Shown here: piece after piece, positions 21,871 through 33,514 of the stretch | How the letters are laid out: each line of letters opens with the position of its first letter | How positions within the stretch are numbered: position 1 is the stretch's first letter | NCBI RefSeq assembly: GCF_947568905.1 | Contig: NC_079172.1 | Coordinates: 70,556,001-70,620,000, forward strand | Source of the DNA: Ostrea edulis | Lineage: Eukaryota | Reading direction: 5' to 3' | Length of the DNA stretch: 64,000 bases | The notes under the pieces: generated by a model | What the model saw: only the letters and a program-made list of their open reading frames with translations | Told to the model about the DNA's origin: nothing | The model's database searches: none | Translations under genes and position numbers: made by a program

Positions 21871-22228
21871 CAGAACAAAGTATATGCATCAATTTTCTCT
21901 TCCCATACTTACATAATATGATACAAATACATTAATTCTTGCATGTGCTGAAAAATGAAGAAAAAGAGACGAAGGCATTAAAACTATATCTTTATGTATT
22001 AGAGTTCGAACGTCACTTCCGTTTTATTTACATGTCTTCCTGATCGATGTGTAGCATTAACGTCTCTTGTAGAAACTTAGTGTTAGCAGGATAATTTAAC
22101 GGTTAACGCTGAACTATGACGTCACAGATGGACCGTGTATCCGTGACGTCGTGACTGTATCGATATGATACAGACAGATATTACAGAAGACGAGAGGAAT
22201 ATTAATGTGAATATGTTTTAAATGACAC

Positions 22229-22406
22229 CAGTGGCAGATCGGGGAGGGAGGGGGGGGGGGGGGGGGGGGCTCCAGGGGTCAGAACACCTCCTTTCGTCAG
22301 GAAATTTTGCTTAAATAGGTAAAAATAATGCATTTTGAAGGTGGACCCCCTTTGAAAGCCAAAATTAAAGGTAGATCCCCCCAATAAGTTCCTGGATCTG
22401 CCCCTG
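22229..22406. mobile_element. G-tract MITE (CAGTGGCGGATC-type termini)
   Basis: CAGTGGCAGATC ... GATCTGCCCCTG. Confidence 0.7.
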
Positions 22407-22982
22407 GCACAATATCGTCATTCCTATGACCGATCTGAAAATACTATGAAAGAAAAGGATTAGACAGAAAACAATTAGAAATGTGTGAAAGTGATCACTA
22501 TGCAGCAGCACGAGCAAGTCTCATTGTCGTCATCAAGCTATTCATTTCAAATAGGATGTGAAAAACATTTCCAAAAATACAACTTGGTAGGGTTTGATTT
22601 TTACATTGTTTACATAATATTATGTTATTGAGAAATTGCAAAATAACAAAAACCTGTGCCACTCTTCATTCAACAAAATGACCATGGGCCTTAACGGTCA
22701 CCTGAGTATGCTTAGTTTTTACTCTTAAGATACCATAGACAAATGAATGTTTACAGTTTTCAAAGTAGGCTCATCGTTCAATATAGTCACACAAACAGTT
22801 TTACCTACACTTTACACCTAGAGGTGAATATTGTACTTCGAGGGTAGCTAATCCAACGTAGTGAACAAACTTGGGTCACAACCCCACCCCCACAACCCCT
22901 ACCCGTTGAAAATACTCTCTGGATCCGCCATTGAAATTTCCAGACATCATAACCAATGACTGAAGCTCGTTGTATAAGCGTA

Positions 22983-24313
22983 TACTGACGGACTTTAAAA
23001 CCGCAACACCTATTTCTTTCAGATTTAAAAAAAGTTTTTTTTTTTAAAACTTAAAGCAAAATTCCCCCACCATACATCGGCCTGATGTTTGATATGCATT
23101 ACCTGTGTTACTCATACTAATTGTTTACACGGTGAGTAGTTCTCAGACGCTATTCAAAAGCAATGGAAAGGTAAAACCAGTTTTGTCATCGTGAAACACC
23201 TCTGTTGTCGATGGCAAATGCACTTACAACTGAAGACATAAAAAAGTAAGACAATGCTGCTTTTAGGCAATGATTTGCAAAATCAAGCAGGTATCGGTCA
23301 GCGGGAAGGAGCTAGACGCTTGCACGATACGCCCATCGAGAAGACATTATCGCCAAACAGGGTCCATATATCATCGCCCAATATCTGGTCGGCTTTATGT
23401 GACTACATAACGTCGACAGGCGTTCACACGGCAACGCCACTTGTAGACTATATTTTCGGCTGCCGCGACGACTGCGAGGCAAACGATTGGACGCCATGGT
23501 AGGGCAATTCACCTTAGAGCAGTTTCTCGAATATTGACACGTCATGGGGTTCTCTGTGGAAGACCTTACAAAGATTCACAACTTAAACCCAATCATCGAT
23601 GTTAGAGAGTGCAGTTTATCCGACAGCGGTTAAATCGACGCCAAAATTGGACACAGGTCTTGTTTTCTGACGAGTGCTTGAATGAGGCAGATTTGGCGGA
23701 GGTAACATCATGGTTTGAGACCTGATCAACACAAATTTTCGCTCCGAATTGGTCATTTTGCACGGAAACTTAACTGTTCAGCGGTAAATAGATGACGTTC
23801 TGTATCCGGTATTAGCAGGAAAATGCGCGCGCACACACTATGAGATTGACATGGGGTTTTCTTCAAAGAAATGACATCAATGTCCTTGATTTACCCGCCA
23901 TGTCCCCCAGACCTTTATCCGATTTAACAGGTTTGGGACTAGCTTGGCAGACGTGTGTGCAGCCGCCAGCCTCAGCCACATAATCCATAAGAACTGGGAA
24001 GAACGTTGTTGGAAGAGTAGCAGAATGTTCCTCAAAGAACCATTCGGACCATTTGTCAGTCAATGGAACGTTGTCTACGCGCCGTCATCAAAGCTTATGT
24101 GTGGCAAACCTGGTATTGGTCAACCAAACCAGAATTTTTACCAACCCTTACCACCTTAAACCCTCATCTGTAGCCTCTCAAGGAATAATAATGACGTTTT
24201 CAATCGATGAAAATAAGACTTTATTCATCAAAGATTATATATTAGAAATATGTTTCAAATCAATGAAATAATTTTTTTTTTACCTAGTACTGCATTTTTA
24301 AAGTCCCCCAGTA
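22983..24313 (+). mobile_element. Near full-length decayed Tc1 transposon (transposase pseudogene)
   Basis: TA flanks (22981-22982, 24314-24315). TIR TACTGACGGACTTTAAAACCGCA versus RC TACTGGGGGACTTTAAAAATGCA. Remnant motifs QNWTQVLFSDE (about 23642), RFGGGNIMV, LVILHGNLTVQR*IDDVL, ENARAH, PAMSPDLYPI*QVWD*LGRRV, IRTICQSMERCLRAVIKA, with several stops and frameshifts. Confidence 0.9.
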
Positions 24314-24964
24314 TATAAGTCGATAGAAGCCCTACCGAATTCGTGGTGTTTATGTTGCAGAGTGAAGACATTTCTATATACCAATGACGCGCACTATGCT
24401 TATTATAGAATATTAGCATGTTAAAATCAAATGAGAGGAAACACAACATGGCACGTTACACTATTCCTGACCCGCCAGACATTCTTTGTCATGTCAAGAC
24501 AGTTACAATTCATTCACGCAATTACACTGTATCTTATTTTCAATAAAATGAAAACAAAACAAAACAATGTTTGCTCAATACCGATCGTTTGTTCAATAGG
24601 AAGGTTTAAATAGCTACACCAGTGTAATGTGTTATGTAATCCATTATGTATGTAAAATAATAGCAATATTCATTGGGTAATGGTTTAAAGAAATAAATGA
24701 CTACATTTCTAAGTGTTAGTTTGATCGTTTACAAAATAAGAGTTATCTCCCTTTGATCGGTATGCTGATTTAAAACAGAATTTACTTGTCTTTATACATT
24801 TATATAGCGCTTTATCTAATTAAGACAATTACCCTAAAGCGATTTACATGTAAAACGATAAAAACGAATTAAAACAAAGAACGATTAGCCCAGTAGCTAA
24901 GTACTTCGTTACTAGCTTGAAAATACGGATGTATATTTAATTGCTGTAACAAAATTTAGAAATT

Positions 24965-25185
24965 CATTTCCAAATTAAAGATTATCTCCCTCACGCATAG
25001 CTCTTATCCTTCGACGAATTTGACTCCACTTTTTTTTTTTGGCACATTGTTTTACCCTATAATAGCTCTAAAACTTCATTGTTATTTCGGATTTCAAACA
25101 TTTCGGTTGAGCATCACTGAAGAGACATTATTTGTCGAAATGCGCATCTGGTGCATCAAAATTGGTACCGCATAAGTTTTACATA
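24965..25185 (+). mobile_element. Penelope-like element terminal-repeat fragment inserted in the L2 3' UTR
   Basis: Contains a minimal type I hammerhead of the kind carried by Penelope-like elements. Boundaries approximate; family assignment partly from recall. Confidence 0.6.
25111..25154 (+). ncRNA. Minimal type I hammerhead ribozyme
   Basis: Stem I GCATCA (25111-16) / TGGTGC (25149-54); core CTGAAGA (25117-23); stem II GACA-ttatt-TGTC; GAAA (25137-40); palindromic stem III TGCGCA; AUC cleavage triplet, cut predicted after 25148. Confidence 0.85.
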
Positions 25186-26819
25186 CATGTACATAGAAAA
25201 AGGCATAAAATAATACTAAAATTGAATTTAAAAAATAACTATGCATAGATACCGAATTAAAGATTAAATGCAAGTTTGAAAAGATATGTTTTAAGTTTGT
25301 TTTTTAAAATCAGCCAGTAAATCCTCTACATGAAGATCCAACGGGAGGCTGTTCCATGGAGTTGATGAAGAAACATCAAACCGTCTTTCGCCATACAGTT
25401 TAGAACGAGCGCGTGGCTTTAGAAGGTATAACGAATCCGCAGAACGAAGTGTTCGCTGTGAATGGTAGACTTGAACTAGTTCCTAAATGTATGCTGGAGC
25501 TAATCCATGTAGAGCCTTGAAAGTATACAATAGGAGTTTATATTTCATTCAATATATCACAGGCCTAGGTAACCAGTGAAGCGATATGAGAATTGACGTA
25601 ATGTGCTCGTTTCCTTGAACGTGTCACCAGACTGGCAGCAGTGTTTTGAAGTTCCTGTAACTTCTGCATGGATGCTGAATTAACATAAAGAAGTGCATTT
25701 CCATGATCAAGACGGGACGTAATCAGTGATCTAACAAGTGTCCTGCACGCACCCTCCGTTATCAGAGATCTAATTCTACCGATATTACCGGTACAAAGTA
25801 GTTGGAAATAACATGATTTAGTCAATGCACTTATTTGACACTCCATGCTAAGTGTGCTGTCGAAAAACACCCCAAGAATTTTGACACATGAAGCACTAGT
25901 GATGACAGATCCACCGAAAGCCAGTTGATATCCTGAGAATTCACTGGCTTTACGTTCTGGTGTAAAGATGATAAGTCCTGTCTTTCCCTCGTGTAGCTTT
26001 ACGTTGTTTTGCATCCAGTTGTCAATATCAGAAAAACGCCAATGAAGTCCGCATAATTCTACGATTAATGATTGACCACTCTGCAGTTTCTTGAAAATCA
26101 GTTTGTGTAAACTATTCACAGTGCTTTTTGCGTCACATAACCCTGTGCGTGTGTTGAAAATAAAATAATGTTTATGTGCTTTTTTCGAAACGCGTAATTT
26201 GTAAGGATCTTACAATTCTTGTGCGACCTTTTTCTTGTGTATATTTAAATGACATTGTAATCGCTGTCGTGTATATAATGTTGTGACACAGGCGGCGCTC
26301 CATAGATCTGTTACACAGTCCATTTTCAGTTCGACCGATTTTCCGTCCGTACCCAGATTTACGACAGATTCAATGACTGCAGCTTAATGTTTACACTCTA
26401 TATCTGAGAAGGTATGTTTTATAACTAATGGCAAACATATTTCAGTTTAAAACCCTGTCGAATTGATTGGCTGGGGGAATGGTTTAGATTCCTTTTGACA
26501 TTTCAGGAAGAGGTCTTAAGGTAGTTATTTTTTACAATAGTTTCCACTTTGACAGCTAAAGTTACTGAGTAATAATTGATTCTGATACGATATTGAATTT
26601 AGACTCGATAATATTTGATTATTTTTTTTTCACCTTTCGTTTTACTATGTACATTGCAGGTGGAAACTTAAATTGTTTTTTATTTCTCTCTTTTTTCGAA
26701 TACAGGCTAAATACATGCACAGCCCTCTGTCTATCGGTAAAATTAAAATACACCTTTGGAATGTCATCTTAGAATATTTTTAAAATTCTGATTATTATAG
26801 TTTTGTCTACAATCTACAG

Positions 26820-28478
26820 ATGTCCAGACGGGACATAAAGTTTGCCCAGCATTATGTGGAGTGTACACAGTGTGAGGCGAACGCTGAATATTACTGTAAC
26901 ACCTGTACCGACAACCTGTGTCAGGTATGCCGGGACCGTCACACCAAGAGCAAAGCCACCAGATCCCACGTCATCGTCCCCTACCAGGAGAGGCCGACGA
27001 CATCTCCAAACACCGAATCCTGTCACATCCATCCAGAATTCTCTTATGACATGGTGTATCAGGAATGCAAGCTTCCGGTCTGCTTTAGATGTATGAAAGA
27101 AAATCATAAAGATCACACATTTAGAAACATTGAGGGCATATTGAAAGACACCGAGAAACCCTGCAGAGACAAGATTCAAAACGCGAAGAAGAATATACTC
27201 CCAAAGTTGCGTGACCGCTTAAAGAAATTATCTGACCAGAGAACAAAGTCCAAGGAGAAAAGAACCGACATAAAGAGACGACTGCGAGAAGATGCAAAAC
27301 AGATTAAGGATTTAGTAGACACCATTCTCCAGGAGAAACTCGGAGATCTTGATATCAGCGACAAATCCCTGGATGAGGAATTCGAAAATCAAACAGCCAT
27401 TATATCTCGTTTTATATCCAACTATGAAGATTTCATCGACGGGTTTGAAGATGAAGAAAAACGACCGTACGAGAAGCTAGCGCTGCGAAATGAAATACTC
27501 CAGTCTGAAGTTACAGAGCCTGAATTACCAAGCCTAGAAAATCCTCAGTACCAACCAGAAATCATCAACAAGGACGGGGTCATGAAGCTGTTTGGAAAAT
27601 TAAGTTTGCCAAAGAGACCTACATATGAAAAACCAAAACAACAAATTTCAAAAACATTAAGCATATCAAAAAATATTTCTATTGGTTCTCCTGTAAAATG
27701 TCTGGAATTCAATGTGCCCTCTACAGGTTTAAATCAGATTTCCTATTTATCTGTAGACAAAGTTTGGGTTGGAGATAACAAAGGCCAGATCTTGCTCATG
27801 GAGAGGACTGGAAATAAACTGGACGAGATTAAAACAGATTCGTCCTCTATGTGGGGTTATCACGCTGTAACTTACGATGGTGATCTGCTGTATATCGACA
27901 AATCAAACAACAGCATCAAGAAATACACATCAGACAGGAAGACCACAACTGTAGTCATAAACACGGGAAACTGGTCGCCTCTCTGTGTGTACTCCTCCCA
28001 CAGGACCGGCGACATACTGGTGGGGATGACGTTTGGTGCCGGGAGAGTGGTCCGATACAACAAGGAGGGTCGTGAGCTGTGGCAGGGTCAGTACGACGCC
28101 CAGGGTCAGCCTCTTTATAGATTTCCTAGATATATAACAGAAAACGTGAACGGCGACATCTGCACGTCAGACGGTATCCTCAATAAAAGCGTGGTGGTGG
28201 TGGTGGACAGGGACGGAAATCACCGGTTCTCCTACAGAGGGCGTCAGGACGGATCAGAATTCAATCTTAGGGGAATCTGTACCGACGTCCAGGGGCGGAT
28301 CCTAGTGGTAGTCAATGGTGACAGCGTCCACGTGATTGATCAGAACGGAGAGTTTATCACCGTCCTACTGACCAGTGATCACGGAATATCTTGTAATTAC
28401 GAACTGTGTACAGACAGTGACAATAATATCTGGCTTTGTGGAAACAGTACAGTCAAAATGTACAAGTACTTGAATTAG
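26820..28478 (+). CDS. RING-less TRIM-like protein: two B-boxes, coiled coil, NHL-type beta-propeller (552 aa)
   Basis: B-box1 CTQC..CNTC..LCQVCRDRH..H; B-box2 CHIH..YQEC..VCFRC..HKDH; helical K/E-rich region; propeller motifs (PLCVYSSHRTGDILVG, PRYITENVNGDICTSD, GICTDVQGRILV). Acceptor ctacAG immediately before the ATG; candidate upstream UTR donor G|GTATGT at 26411. Confidence 0.92.
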   Translation: MSRRDIKFAQHYVECTQCEANAEYYCNTCTDNLCQVCRDRHTKSKATRSHVIVPYQERPTTSPNTESCHIHPEFSYDMVYQECKLPVCFRCMKENHKDHTFRNIEGILKDTEKPCRDKIQNAKKNILPKLRDRLKKLSDQRTKSKEKRTDIKRRLREDAKQIKDLVDTILQEKLGDLDISDKSLDEEFENQTAIISRFISNYEDFIDGFEDEEKRPYEKLALRNEILQSEVTEPELPSLENPQYQPEIINKDGVMKLFGKLSLPKRPTYEKPKQQISKTLSISKNISIGSPVKCLEFNVPSTGLNQISYLSVDKVWVGDNKGQILLMERTGNKLDEIKTDSSSMWGYHAVTYDGDLLYIDKSNNSIKKYTSDRKTTTVVINTGNWSPLCVYSSHRTGDILVGMTFGAGRVVRYNKEGRELWQGQYDAQGQPLYRFPRYITENVNGDICTSDGILNKSVVVVVDRDGNHRFSYRGRQDGSEFNLRGICTDVQGRILVVVNGDSVHVIDQNGEFITVLLTSDHGISCNYELCTDSDNNIWLCGNSTVKMYKYLN

Positions 28479-29949
28479 TTGTGAAGTCAGTGTCAGCTAC
28501 TGTCCCTGTTTGTTGAGGGAACCACTTTACACAATTCCAAATTGTAAAACAAACACACAGAAAAAACATTTTTTGTCACTTGATTTGTTGGAAAATTTTA
28601 AAACTAATGCTTAGTACAATGTAAGTAGTTGTGATAGAATAGTGACTTTTCTAGAAACAATAAATTCATTATTTGTTTAAAACATTCAACGTTTTCACTT
28701 TGAAGGATTTTGATTATCAGAGTACACTAAACTACGTAATTTTATTAGATGTACGCTTCGTTGCGAAAAAATCTTATCCTAACAATAAGAATACTTACAA
28801 TAGAATGTAAAGGCTACAAATCCTTAGACACACTTTTAAAATGTAAACAACACTCTGAATAAAATAAATTTCGTATCTTAATGTCATTTTTGTTTTGTTT
28901 AAAATCTTGTTTTTTTATTTTGACAAGACCACGAAATTAAATTATCGTTGAGGTACCGTTTTCAATCAAAAAGAAAGTACTGATATTTGACACGGGGAAA
29001 AATCTATATTACTTTACCTGCAAGTTCCCAATATAGAAATTATAAAGTCACCCCGAATGAAAAGAATGAAGGAAGTAAAGTCATAATAATTATTACACAG
29101 TTCAGAGCATTGGATTCAGCATACCAGTATCATGTAGTTGTGTACGCACCGGAACTTATAGAAAGGATTTGTTAATGTGCAGATACATACTATAATGAGT
29201 TGCGGTCATCCAGCCAAGTGCTGATCACGCTCACCGTTGCTTAGCTTGCGTGATCAAGAGAAACCGCATTTCTAGAAAAGCTAGCTCACAAGCGAGGCAG
29301 TATAAGTTCCCTCAATACTGACCGCTACTCCCCCCAACCCACCTGCTTCGGAAGCTTTGTTCCGAAGCTTAGCGTGAGATTTATCTAAATGTTTGGCACC
29401 TGTTCATTAACGGCATTTACCGTTCCCGACGACAGCCACCGCTGTTCGCGGACGAATCCACATCCGTACTCTACCTGGAGCAGGCCTCCTGCCAAACACC
29501 AGGGTCACTACGCTGCCACCATTTTGTAACCTGTAGCGGCAGTTTAAGTTCCCCTTTATACTGACAGCTACAGTACAGTCACACTGAATAGATACTCATT
29601 CTCTGTACAACTAAACAAAGTATCACCACAAAGTAGTATATGCGTATAACAAATTTGAAGAGTTTTTTTCCAATTCTAAAAATGCTGTTAAATAGCTCAC
29701 CGGTCTGTACTTAGTACAGAAGCACAAAGTAAACCTCCTAAATTTTGTCACATGTACATAAAGCATTATCAACAAAATCAACGAAATCGTAACAAATACT
29801 TCAATGCAGTAAAGTAGAATATATTTATCAATTGTTGATTTAACTCTATAGATTTTATGAATATTATTTATTGAAAAGAATAAAAAAAAAAAGAAAATAT
29901 ATTCTATCAATATACATTGTAACATGTACAGTTTCAGAAACTTTTTTGC

Positions 29950-31277
29950 CCTACCCTCAGTCGGTAATGAGATAATCACGAAAATGCAAAAATTGGGTGG
30001 AGTCATTTAAAAATCTTCTTCTCAAGAACTACTGTGCCAGTAAAGTTGAAATTTACATGAAAGCTTCCTGACATAGTACAGATTCAAGTTTATTAACATC
30101 ATGCCCCCCCCCCCCCCGGGTGGGGGGGGGGGGGTGGAGTCACAATAGGGAATCGGATTTTACATGCGAATGTATAGGGACATTGTTTAAAAGTCTTCTT
30201 AAGAACCACTAGGCCAGAAAAGTTTTACATGAAGCTTCCTGACATAGAGTAGATTCAAGTTTGTTCAAATCATGGTCTCCGATGGGGCCACAATAGGGGA
30301 TCAAAAGTAAAAAAAAAAAATGCAATATTTATTTCCCAGTCCTACTCTAAAACCAACAACTTTTTTTCCTAAACTAAAGAGAAAATGATCAAAGTTTTAT
30401 ATGCTGATATTATATACCGGGGGGGTATATACATGTAGGAAAAATCTGTTAAAAATATCTCTTGAACTATTTAAGCTAGGGCTATTATATTTTGTATATA
30501 CATTCCTTACGGAGAGACCTTTCATGCGATCCATTGGTGTGTGTTCTCGTGGGGATCCGGGTTAGAATAGGTCCTCAGAACCCCCTGCTTGTCGTAAGAG
30601 GCGACTAAATGGGGTGGTCCTTCGGATGAGGCCGCAAAAACCGTGGTCCCGCGCCGCACGATATATCCCCCTCCTGTTCAAAGGCCGTAAGCACCGATCA
30701 TAGGCCTAAATTTTGCAGCCCTTCACCGGCAATGGTGACGTCTCCATATGGGTGAAAGATTCTCGTGAGGTACGTTAAACAACATACGATCAATCAATCC
30801 AATGGTGTGTGATCTTTTGACCTTGAAGTATGACCTACTTTTAAAGACAATGTGATCTATTCAATATCGTAAATCTTTCATATATTGTATATAAATTTCT
30901 TATATCAAGACCTTTCACATGATATCATGTCCTTTGACCTTGTGACTTTGAACTCTGAATTTGACCTACTTTTCAGAAAACATAACCTATAAAGCATATC
31001 CAGAATTATTTTAAGGAGGGCTTTCATATTTTGTATATATTTTTTTATGGCAAGACCATGTGACACAATGGTGTTTGATCTTTTGACCTTGGTCTTTGAC
31101 CAACTTAAAAAAATCCTGACCTATTCAAAATCTCCAGAACTATTTAAAGTAGGACTTTCATCTTTTGTATTAATATATATACTTTATGGCAAGACTTTGT
31201 TATACTTTGGTGTTTGAGCTTGTGATTTGAACTATAACAGGGCCAAGCTGAGCGATATGGCCCGTGGGCCTCTTGTT
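29950..31277. repeat. Helentron-like non-autonomous repeat with satellite-like internal units
   Basis: Two about 175-bp related units (30010-30300) resembling the oyster Cg170 satellite as recalled. End GGCCCGTGGGCC hairpin plus TCTTGTT at 31259-31277. Left boundary uncertain. Confidence 0.55.
30544..30796 (+). mobile_element. 5'-truncated SINE (Meta-domain-like core) with (AATC)n tail
   Basis: 15-bp TSD ATCCA[T/A]TGGTGTGTG (30529-30543, 30797-30811; 14/15). Core CTTGTCGTAAGAGGCGACTAAA recalled as the MetaSINE domain. CAATCAATC tail. Confidence 0.75.
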
Positions 31278-32003
31278 TGTTATTACAAGTAATGATCATG
31301 TTACTCACTGTTTTATCTTGATATTGTAGACGCATGTATTGATAATATATCTGCAGTATCTTAAAAGACTGTATTGCCTTTTGCTGAAGTTAAAGATACA
31401 ATAGGTAATTGTAATAATAAAAATGTTGTTATTCGTAATCAAGGTAAGGGGGTAAACCCTGGTTTGATGATACGTGTAAGAACGTTTTGAAATAGTATAA
31501 ACGTATTTACAATAGCCGTGTTTCGAGTTCCTCCGGAACACCCGGGAATTTTCGTATTTAGCCACACCGGTCACGTGATTTGAACAAAACGTTCAACAGG
31601 GGTACTTCCGGTTAATTTTGTTTACACTGGTAACAAAATTTGTCTTTGACAAAATATAGATTTTGCGGCACAAATTGTCGCAAATCAGATAAAGGATAGC
31701 AAGAGTTATATATTTACTTGGGAAGATGTCAAAGTTTACCTTTTCCCAAACCCGGGAAAAGCGTTTACGCAGAGAAAACGATGGCGTCATTTGTGTAGAA
31801 AACCACGAGCAGCCGAAATTCAGTGCGATTATTACATTCCGTGAAAGCTGAACCAACAAAGAAACATAATTGTTCTAGCCAGTTTGCTTATATCAACTTT
31901 TAGGTAAACCAAGAGGTTTGTACTGACTCTTTAAAATATAATATAGACTGTGCAACATCTTGTCAATCTTAAGAATAGGTATACCTGTGTATAAATTCAC
32001 CTG

Positions 32004-32044
<41 letters not shown>

Positions 32045-32075
32045 CACTGAAAAGGCCACGACACTGGTTTTTGTG

Positions 32076-32122
<47 letters not shown>

Positions 32123-32469
32123 CCCTCATTCACATCTGAGCAGTGTATATATTTTACAACGGTGTTCATGCAACATTAAATAGATGATAAAGCATTATAA
32201 ATTAATAGATTTTCAATTATGAACTCATGGTTCAGGCTCATAAAAATTATGAAGCAATTTCACAAGGGAGTGAGAAGGGGGGGGGATATATAATATCTGC
32301 CAATTAAATAAAATACGAAAACACCAGATAATCTATCCCTACGGATCTATACTAGAATTTGCCTAATCATTTATCCAAGCTCCATACCGATGGTTCATTC
32401 ACTGCAAAATTTTGAATTATATCAAAGAACTTTTATTTATCTTTGCTCCAACTTTTAATACCAATCAAG

Positions 32470-32560
32470 CACAGGCAATTGCATCGCTTGGGGTCGAATT
32501 TACTATTAAAGATTACTCTTTAATAGTAAATTCGAACACAAGTGATGCTTATTGCCTGTG
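32470..32560. mobile_element. 91-bp hairpin mini-MITE with 8-bp TSD
   Basis: CACAGGCAAT...ATTGCCTGTG, about 43-bp arms around a 4-nt loop. CAATCAAG at 32462-32469 and 32561-32568. Confidence 0.8.
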
Positions 32561-33514
32561 CAATCAAGGTACTTTGCATGTACATCAGAAATGTACATTT
32601 CCACTCAAACGACTTGTATACAAGAATGGAACCAGCTGAACATGGGCCAGGTTATATATGTAGTGAAAGGGAGCTAAAAAGGAGTAAAAAGTTAATTTCA
32701 GCCAGGTGAGAATTAATTTCGTTTTTGTGTGTTATACATATCTAATTCTTTTCTTTTGCTGCTTCAAATCTTGTGTATATGAAAATTTTCAGTCTAATAT
32801 TTTGGGAATGTTATAGGTAGTGTGGCTGAAATAAACCAGTGTTCAGGAATGTCCAGTAATGGCATGACCTCATGAGAGTTTGGTATACAGACATTCACAT
32901 GATTAATGATGAAACTGAAGACCTCAAGTGAAAGGCATGGGAAATTATCCAGTCCCATATACCAGAAAAAGAGGAGGGATGCCACAATATTGATAATAGA
33001 TTTTTGTCAATTTGAGAAGCAAAGATGTTTTTAAAAAATGCAGAAATTATAATTTATGTATTTGTTAAAACTACTGTTCACTGCACATACATGTATATTT
33101 TTTTTAACTTATCTAGAAATATATGAAGTAATTCATATTTAAACTGTGAATGTATGAGTTTTCATGACTTTTATCAATAAAGCTTTCCATATTTATTGTA
33201 CATATATCTAATTTCCCTTATACATTCATTGTAGTCATATTGGAGCTTGCTTGCATTCAGAGGTCTGACATCAGTCTAAAAAATATGCATATTTCATCAC
33301 AAGAGTCATTTGAGCACTTTAAAACATGTATCATGTATAAACCTAGTTAAACAACTTCAAAATCTACCCAACATGTTTTAAACGAACACAAAAGGTTCTT
33401 CCTAATTTCTTTTTTTTTCTTGTTTCAATTTAGTTCATAAATATTAAAGGAAATTAACCTTTTTCAAACTTTTGATGAATATGATGAATTTCCTCTGTAT
33501 TGCTATATCTATTA

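Larger units (their letters stand above)
24787..26040 (-). mobile_element. 5'-truncated L2/CR1-group LINE (ORF2 C-terminus plus 3' UTR)
   Basis: VKILGVFFDSTLSM, LVRSLITSRLDHGNALL, KYKLLLYTFKALHGLAPAYI, RTLRS, PWNSLP, LKTYLF. L2-type tail AAAGCGCTATATAAAT on the minus strand near 24795-24810. Confidence 0.85.

Noticed and set aside
29505-29550. Twister-ribozyme-like loop (GGTTACAA ... GCAGCGTA on the minus strand)
   Set aside because: The P4 stem and second pseudoknot (AAGC/GC) cannot be formed.
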